A stretch of 64,000 nucleotides of DNA from Azolla caroliniana. Lineage: Eukaryota; Plantae; Polypodiophyta. The DNA lies in assembly GCA_043228905.1 (NCBI GenBank), contig JBHGNT010000001.1:36022001-36086000 (forward strand). The letters are read 5' to 3'. Position numbers and translations under genes: made by a program. This document shows, piece after piece, positions 56,052 to 64,000 of this stretch. Every line of letters starts with the position of its first letter. The first letter of the stretch is position 1. Below the pieces are notes generated by a model. The model was given only the letters and a program-made list of their open reading frames with translations. It did not search any database and was not told where the DNA came from.

Positions 56052-56580
56052 ACTTCTCTGAGTCGCCGGCTCCTCGAAACCAGCCGTTATCTGTGTGTGC
56101 ATGTGCGTACAGTGAAAGTTCTCAGAGCTACCTGCTCCTTCAAACAAAAGTCTCCTTTGAAAACCAAGCAGGGGTTTTCCTCTCAGAAGTTGCTTCTGAC
56201 AAAAAGAAAAGAAAAGGAGGGGTTTCTGGGGGTGTGGCAGTTTTCCCTTTGAGAACTTCTCTTTCTACGACGTTTTTTCTCGAACTGCGCAGCGTTTTGA
56301 CTCTGAAATCAGGATCTTTTCGCGAATTATCAGAGGTTTTTGCGTAGGAAACAAGCTTGTTCTTGCATGTTCTTACAGTTTTGCTTCAGAAACGAGCTGA
56401 AACTTTTGTGATTGTGCTTCTGAAAGTCTAGTGTTTGATGAACCCTCTTTGTTTCTCTCTGCAGGTTTGAACTTTGAACAGATCGATCGATCTTATTTTT
56501 CATGAGACCTTGATTCAGTTCTTGATCCTTGTACATTTGCAAGTTCTTGGCTATCTTTTTCATCTTTTGCAACAGTTTGA

Positions 56581-59500
56581 ATGGAGCAAACAGCTCTTCA
56601 TCTTCCTGCACCATCGGCAGTGGTTGCTTCTAATGAAGTCTCGCCATTCCGTCAGTCTTCTCTGTTGGCTTCTCGTTTCTCTTCCTTTGAAGGATTAAAG
56701 GCCGTGAAAATTTACAGTTTTGTTAATGCCGATGGATCTAAGTCAAGCCGCAGATGCAACATGTTGCCTATCCAAGCTGTTTCATCAGTACGTGTATATC
56801 TGTCTTGATCATTCCTTTCCATTCTGAATAAGATTTTATGTTTTATATGCCTACACATATATTGAGCCAAGCATATCTTTTTTGCAAACTTAATCATGTG
56901 CGTTTAGAATGTTGACTAGGGCATGATTATCAATCATGTAATACCAGACTAGAAATCATGTGACATGTGTTATCATGTATGAATGCACATTTAGCGAGGC
57001 GTGCATTACCTAATGAGAATGTCTGTGACCGTAATATTTGATGCAAGTGTAAATGAATATTGTGGAAAACGATCATGAAGTTGAAAGTACCAGACATGCC
57101 TAGAGGCATACCGTCAGAGAAAAGAAAGAGTGCCAAAGAAAAGAAGAGCGGTTTTCCGCTTCTTCTGCCGGCCGCAGGTCAGCCTGAGTCGCTTTCTCGA
57201 GAGCCGGCTACCTCATCATCATTTTCTGATGGGTGTTCACCATATGAGAAAAATAATCAGATGATTTAATCTCATGGCTCATCCTGTTGAGATTATAAGA
57301 TGGCATAATTCCAGAGAGAACTAAGAAAATAAATTCTTGTGGTAGATAAAACCCCATAACTTCAAGGAGCCTCGGTGGTAGATAAAAACCCATAACTTCA
57401 AGTGCAAGGCTCCTAAACACTTAGAATAGGATACTGAAATGCAGAGATGAAAACAGCTAAAAATGCACAAATTTAAGGAAAGTGTAGAAGTGAATATTGG
57501 ATTGCTTAGGATATTAAAGTTACAAATTGTGTAAGGAGTGCAAAAATATGCGTCACAATCCCTGTCCCACAATGCAAGAAAATAGCCAAGAAAATGGCCA
57601 AGAAAATGCTTTACATGAAGCTCGGAGCTTAACTTTTTTAGACATCAGGCTTCAGTTTCGGAACCAAATAAGGTTTTATTTTTTGGGGGGGAGGGGGATT
57701 TAAAGGTGTCCAGCCACCATGAACAGCTATAGCCATTCTGGTACCTAATAACCTATTTATATAGCGTAGTGTACGGTGGATATGATTTTCCATAATGGAT
57801 TGGATTTCGCTGGCTAAAATTTGTCATTATCATCTGTTTCTCTATTTCTGCTCAAAATAAACACTCACAACATCCTAGCATTTAGTTGCTTGTAGCTATG
57901 CGTGCAACATTTTAAGTGATTGTACTTTTTTCACTTTAGGAATTTTTAAGTCTTTCTGTTTCTTGCACATTGTCCCATTGATATCTCACATTCAGCTTAC
58001 TATGTACATTGGGAATGAAATTAACGTCTATCAATCATTCCTTGCAGCCTGTAAAACCACCTGCATCTCTACCCCAGAAACGTAGCAAAGTAGAGATCTT
58101 CAAGGAGCAAAGTAATTATTTGCGATATCCTTTGCAAGATGAGTTGCAAACAGAGGCTCCAAATATAAATGAAGCGGCAGTTCAGTTGATCAAATTCCAT
58201 GGGAGCTATCAACAAGATAACAGGGAAGAAAGGTCAGGAGGGAAGTCATACCAATTTATGTTGAGAACTAAGAACCCATCAGGAAAGGTTTCTAATAAAC
58301 TATATCTAGTAATGGATCAACTTGCGGATGAGTTTGGGATTGGGACACTACGGCTGACCACACGACAAACATTTCAGCTTCATGGTGTTTTAAAACACAA
58401 CTTGAAGACAGTTATGAGCACAATCATTAAAAACATGGGTTCAACTCTTGGAGCTTGTGGTGATTTAAACCGAAATGTATTGGCTCCTCCAGCTCCTTTT
58501 GCAAAGAAAGAGTATATATTTGCACAAGAAACTGCTGACAAGATAGCTGCACTTCTAGCTCCTCAAGCTGGTTCCTACTATGACATCTGGGTCGATGGGG
58601 AGAAGATCATGTCTGCTGATCCACCAGATGTTGTTGAAGCTCGCAATGATAATTCTCACGGTACAAATTTTGAGGGTTCACCTGAGCCAATCTATGGAAC
58701 TCAGTTTCTTCCACGGAAATTTAAGATTGCTGTGACAATAGAAAAAGATAACTGTGTTGACATCTTAACCAATGATGTGGGGTTGGTTCTTCTTTGTGAT
58801 GATCAAGGAGAACCAAAAGGCTTCAATGTTTATGTAAGTGAGCCAATTTTCAGATTATTCCTGTGAATGAAATTTAGGAGATGGTATTGTGTCACATTCT
58901 ACTTAAAGATTAAGGTTATCTTACTAAAACATGTATAACATGCAAAGTGTTGGTATGTATTATGCATGTATATAAATATGAAAAAATGTATTTTATCGTG
59001 CTTCATGTCATATCCATAAGTTTATTTACTTGGTGGAAAATTTCTTATGTTCAAGAGGTAGAGAGAGAGAGACAGAGAGAGACAAGTAGAGAGAGATAGG
59101 TCAACAGGTTGGTGGAGGAATGGGACGAACTCATCGCATGGAACAAACGTTTCCGAGATTGGCTGACCCTCTTGGCTATGTCCCCAAAGAGGATGTTCTT
59201 TATGTGGTCAAGGCAATTGTTGCCACTCAAAGAGACAATGGAAGACGTGATGATAGAAGGATGTCGAGAATGAAATATCTTTTACATGAGTGGGGAATCG
59301 ATAAATTCCGCAGTGTAGTGGAACAATATTATGGAAAAACAATTGAACCTTTTCAAGAACTTCCACCTTGGGAATTCAAAAGCTATTTGGGATGGCATGA
59401 ACAGGTTCAAGTTGCTTTTATGTTAAGTTTGAGAACCTGCATTTGTTTTTTATTATAGGTTTTGATAGTTGGAAATGTTATCATCAGGGTGATGGGAGAT

Positions 59501-59990
59501 ACTTCCTTGGTGTCCATGTTGACAATGGGCGGATCAAAGGTAAAGCAAAACGAGCGCTAAGGGATATAATAGAAAAATATGGACTCAGTATCCGTCTTAC
59601 TCCAAATCAGAATCTAATACTATGTGATGTCCGGCCGGGATGGAAACAAACAATCTCAAGGGCTCTTAGACAAGGAGGTTTACTGGTAAATTTCATTTTA
59701 CTTTTTCAGATGTGCTTTTGTTTGTTAGTTTACAACAGGGATGTCTAAGATGATTTACTGATGTATAATTGTTTACAGCATCCTCACTGGGTTGATCCCT
59801 TAAACTTGACTTCTATGGCATGCCCTGCATTGCCGCTTTGCCCCTTGGCAATTGCCGAAGCAGAACGAGGCGCGCCAGATATTTTACACCGTATTAGAAA
59901 AATGTTTGATAAGGTATCCTTCATTTTAGGATATAGATAATATTCTTATTGTTTATCAGTTGCATATAATAAATATTATCATATGCGTTT

Positions 59991-60029
<39 letters not shown>

Positions 60030-61827
60030 GATAAAGAATGGGGAATAACAAGATCCAATAGGTGCTGGCAAAGTGTGGTGCAAATGGGGTCATGGTGGCA
60101 ATGTTGTCTTCCTTTCAAAGCTGAGGTATTTATTTGGAGGGTCATAGTGGGTGGATTAGCTTTAGGAGTTGCTTTACGAAAACGAAGTATTGCTGTTCTG
60201 GAATGTGTTTGTTTTGCACAGTTTCAGAGGAATATAGTTGACGTAAATTTATCAGTTGTCCAGTGGCAAGGGCTATCTGGAAGTTTATACTTATAGCGTG
60301 GCTTCTATTAGTGGAGTGTTGAAATTTCCGTTTCAATGGGTGTTGGGTCATCTGCAGTCAAGAAGGCCTTCTCCACATTTTGAGTTAGTCTTTCAGTATC
60401 TAAGGTATTGACATTATGGCATAATTGGCTGATGCAGAATACCTACGTTTTTTGTGCTCAATATGGTGTTGAAAGACACATTCGATGATTAAAAGAGCAT
60501 ACTGATATGGCAGTTTCCCTTATTGGAAACTTTGGGGAGTTTGTCACAGGAGGAATTAGGGATATGTAGGCTGGCAAGGCGTCATGGCTGTCATTTACAT
60601 TAACCTTAATCACATGGAACTGTCTAGCCCCATATTGATGGATTTATAATATATGTCATGAGAATTTTAGCTTAGTTTTCAATAAGTGGATAGGTGGATT
60701 TTAGCTTAGTTTTCAATAAGCAGGATGCATGTATTCCTGTCAGAATAATTTTCCAAGACAGCAAGATGGTGGTGGTCAGGCATATGGGCAATGTTGTTGA
60801 GAAGCAACAAATGGATATGCAAAATGCAGGGATTTCTTGTCAAATTGAATTAACAATAAGTTGCTGAAAAATTGGCATTATGTCAGGTTGCAAATACAAA
60901 CAAGAAGTCAGATGATAAGCACACTGCAGGAAAAGGAAGTTGTTATGTTGATGATAGACATTTTGTCTTGGTATTCGATGCTTACAGTGTGATTAAATGA
61001 CTTCCAGGTTGGTTTGAAAACTGCTGATACTGTTGTAGTGAGAATGACTGGTTGTCCCAATGGTTGTGCAAGACCATACATGGCAGAGCTAGGATTTGTT
61101 GGTGACGGTCCCAATAGCTATCAGGTAAGTCTCTTTTACAATGTTTTTTTTTACCTGGGTCAGCTTCATATGAACTCAATTTGGGAATTATTCAATTTAA
61201 TCAAAATTGATCAATTAGGCGATGTTCGTAGTGTTTTGTCTGCAGTAATGAGGTATCTAATAATTGTACTACAAATCTAGATATGGCTTGGAGGCACAAC
61301 AAATCAGACTCGGCTGGCACAGACGTTCATGGAAAAAGTCAAACTTCAAGATTTCGAGAAAATTCTTACTCCATTGTTCCATTCTTGGAAACTTAACCGT
61401 TCCACTGGGGAGTCCTTTGGAGATTATACCATGAGAGAGGTACAGTTTACTGATGCTATTTACATTATCAAAATTAATTTATAAAAGAGCACATTGTTTA
61501 TTGCAATTGCATTGCTGAATTCTTGAGAAAATTAGGTGCTTCCTGTTCCTGGATTGCAATTTTTGCAACTAAATACCCCACATAATATGAGCTTTTTGGG
61601 TGTCTTATTGTCTGGTTCAGGGATTTGAGAAATTACGCCAATACATAGAGACTTGGACTGAACCTGTTAATGTTCGCTTGCCTCCGTCGAGTGTTTTACT
61701 GGATAGAGAGCTTTATCGGTCTGTCAAGGACCTTGCTGATCGTGAGGGAACGAGTACAATAAATCTCATTTCTCGGGTACTCCAGAAGCATATTGATACC
61801 CATGCTGCACAGATTAAAGGCAATTAG
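56581..61827 (+). CDS. SIR: Plastid ferredoxin-dependent sulfite reductase, about 701 aa; exons 56581-56787, 58048-58833, 59108-59404, 59488-59685, 59779-59913, 61008-61124, 61281-61439, 61621-61827
   Basis: [59 protein letters not shown]; siroheme/4Fe-4S ligands [12 protein letters not shown] and MTGCPNGC; all introns GT-AG and phase 0; Ser-rich transit peptide. Confidence 0.97.
60028..60600 (+). mobile_element. L1/Tx1-type LINE 3' remnant (zf-RVT) in SiR intron 5, directly after a (GA)n tract
   Basis: [21 protein letters not shown] and [12 protein letters not shown]; shares sequence with 44740-45140. Confidence 0.75.
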
Positions 61828-62580
61828 TAAATATGATTTTGTCAGAGTTTCTCTTAAGCTTATGTACTGAGCAGATATGTAGGTGGGAGGTCTATAGGTA
61901 TCCTGTGTCATTTGATGAAAATGAGAATAAATTGTACCTTTATTTAGACTGCTGGATTTGCTGTTGCAGTCAAAACCGCCTAGCGCATAAACAACAAACT
62001 ATTCAGAAATATTTTTTTCAAGGAGTTCAATTTTGTTTGAATTATACATGAGATAATGAAGTGGTATGTTTGTGCACTCGAGCAATCTCACATGGATGGC
62101 GATGATTGACATCAAATTTTGTGTTGAATGGCATAAATAGTAGTAGCACCAGTGTCGGATTCTGGTTTCTAATAAAACGTTTTTGGGTAGAAATATAATA
62201 GTAATGTAATTAATTAGCACATAGCTATATGTGGTCCAAAGTGATGGGAAGCTTTTTGTACCAGTATCCATGTTCACTTGGTTGTATGTGCTTTTCTGGT
62301 TTCTTACAATTTCTTTTGTTTGTAATATTGAATCAATTGTAATTGTTAAATAAGTGTTTATTATTGGTGATTTAGCATTTCTCTCCATGTAGGAATGATA
62401 CCACTCAGTTGTAGTACCACTGTAGTGTATCTCACTCACATTTCAATATAATTATGTCTAAATTCACAGTTCAATTGAATTGCAAGGCTTGGCATGGTAA
62501 TTGTGGAAGATGTTTCTTAGAGTCATGTAGGAAAATAATGCCCTTCCCTGTCAGTCAGAAGTAAGTTCCACAGATTTCCC

Positions 62581-62938
62581 AATTCTAGAGTTGGTGGTCT
62601 GAGGAACCATGGGAAGGTAGTGACAAACCTATATTTGTGATGTATACCATAAGTTGGTTAAAGATAGAGCTTGGTTAGCGAGTAAGGCAATTTTTTGTCA
62701 CCTTTTAAATGAGTTTTCATTGAGGGTGGTAGAGCTTTGCCCACCCCTCATATCAAGTGGTGTTTGACTACCTTGGGTATAGGGAGATGTATAATTCTAG
62801 AGTTGGTGGTCTGAGGGACCATGGGAAGATTGGTCATTTGGTAGTGAAAAACTTATATTAGTGGTGCACATTAATGGAATAAGGCAATTTTTTGTTACCT
62901 TTTAAATGGCTTTTCATTGAGGTCATTGAGGGTGGTAC
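62581..62938. repeat. Imperfect direct repeat pair (62581-62732 vs 62793-62938)
   Basis: aattctagagttggtggtctgagg.accatgggaag...taaggcaattttt.gt.accttttaaatg...tttcattgagg occurs twice. Confidence 0.85.
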
Positions 62939-64000
62939 TCTACGAAGAGAGCCTACGAAGCGAAGGAACAAGAAAGATACTAAGCTCTAGTGTGTCTCGA
63001 AACTTCGACTCATTCGTTGAGCAACGAGAAACTAAAGCATAAAGTGTGACACAAGTTTCAATGAAAAGAAAGTGTGCAAAGATTTTGCCTTTTGAGTGGA
63101 TATTAAAATAACAAAAGAGCAGCTTCAATATATCTTAGAGATCTATCTCATGGTGACTCTTGCTATTTATGGTTGATAATAAATGTTGAATACCACGATT
63201 TTGATGACAAGAAAGTGTACATGTACATATAATTGGTTTTGTGTGGATCTTATTATAGTAAAACGCTATGGAGAAGGACACATTTTATTAGCAGGTGTCT
63301 CCACGTCCTTTTCTTATATGACAGAAGGACCGATGGTATCTAAATAAGCATTTTGCTAATACTAGCAATTGTTGTAAGATAAGGGCCAAAATTGGTGTGT
63401 AGAACAACGAGAAACTACATATCCATGTTTGTTTCTCCTTGTAATTCTGCTGGACTGTCGATAAACAATGTGTCAATCAATGGTTGTTGGGCTTCCGAAA
63501 TGATCACATTGATGGATTTTGCCGAATTTCATTTCTCATAATCCTCAGTAAACATGGCGGTTCCCTTGTTTCTCGTACACGAGCTTAAGCGCTCGATTGG
63601 CTGGCCACCACACTTTCACGCGTAAATGTTTAACCAGGATGTGCAGAGTGATTTAATTGACGGAAGTGAGGTTTGTATGCCTGCGTTTTAAGTATTAATT
63701 ACTCTGCAGGCAGAAGAAGGGCAATATTCAACGGGGTTAGTTATATATAAGAATTGTATGAGAAAATCAAAGACATTAATTGTTGGCACGTCTGCACATT
63801 CACTGTGGTGACGTTTTCTTGCATAATTAATAAATGGCGAACATTCATCATCTCTCAAATAAACCACAAATATCAATCAGCCAAACTCCGATGAGATTCA
63901 ATGAAACAATTATATCTGTGGGCTTATTCTATAAAGTGGATTTGCTCTTAGAAAAATGAAAATCCAATGAGTTGGGAGCATAATTAACGGATATGTGGGT

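Overview
AT-rich eukaryotic plant nuclear DNA, most consistent with a fern or another seed-free vascular plant. This assignment is inferred from abundant (GA/CT)n tracts, a PLS-PPR protein with a WW-type DYW domain, and a sulfite reductase with a C-terminal extension. Seven protein-coding genes were reconstructed by reading splice sites and checking codon phase: a PIF-like bHLH (-), a PLS-E-DYW PPR editing factor (+, intronless), a ZCCHC8-like zinc-knuckle/PSP protein (-), a methylglutaconyl-CoA hydratase-like crotonase (+), OHP2 (-), TenA_E (+) and ferredoxin-sulfite reductase (+). The region from about 7 to 25 kb is a TE graveyard: a Ty3/Gypsy remnant, a Ty1/Copia remnant, an RTE-like LINE, hAT-type MITEs, an interstitial telomere tract and a 79-bp minisatellite. 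The most interesting points are (1) a non-canonical DYW:WW deaminase (HNE, shortened, ending DYY) with a readable PPR code, (2) an RHH-like DNA-binding tail on SiR plus a possible in-frame basic cassette exon, (3) two related zf-RVT LINE copies sitting in or next to (GA)n microsatellites, and (4) an apparently APB-less PIF with an Asn/Thr low-complexity tract and uORFs. No CRISPR array, rRNA or intact tRNA was seen. Family calls come from motif recognition only; no searches were run.
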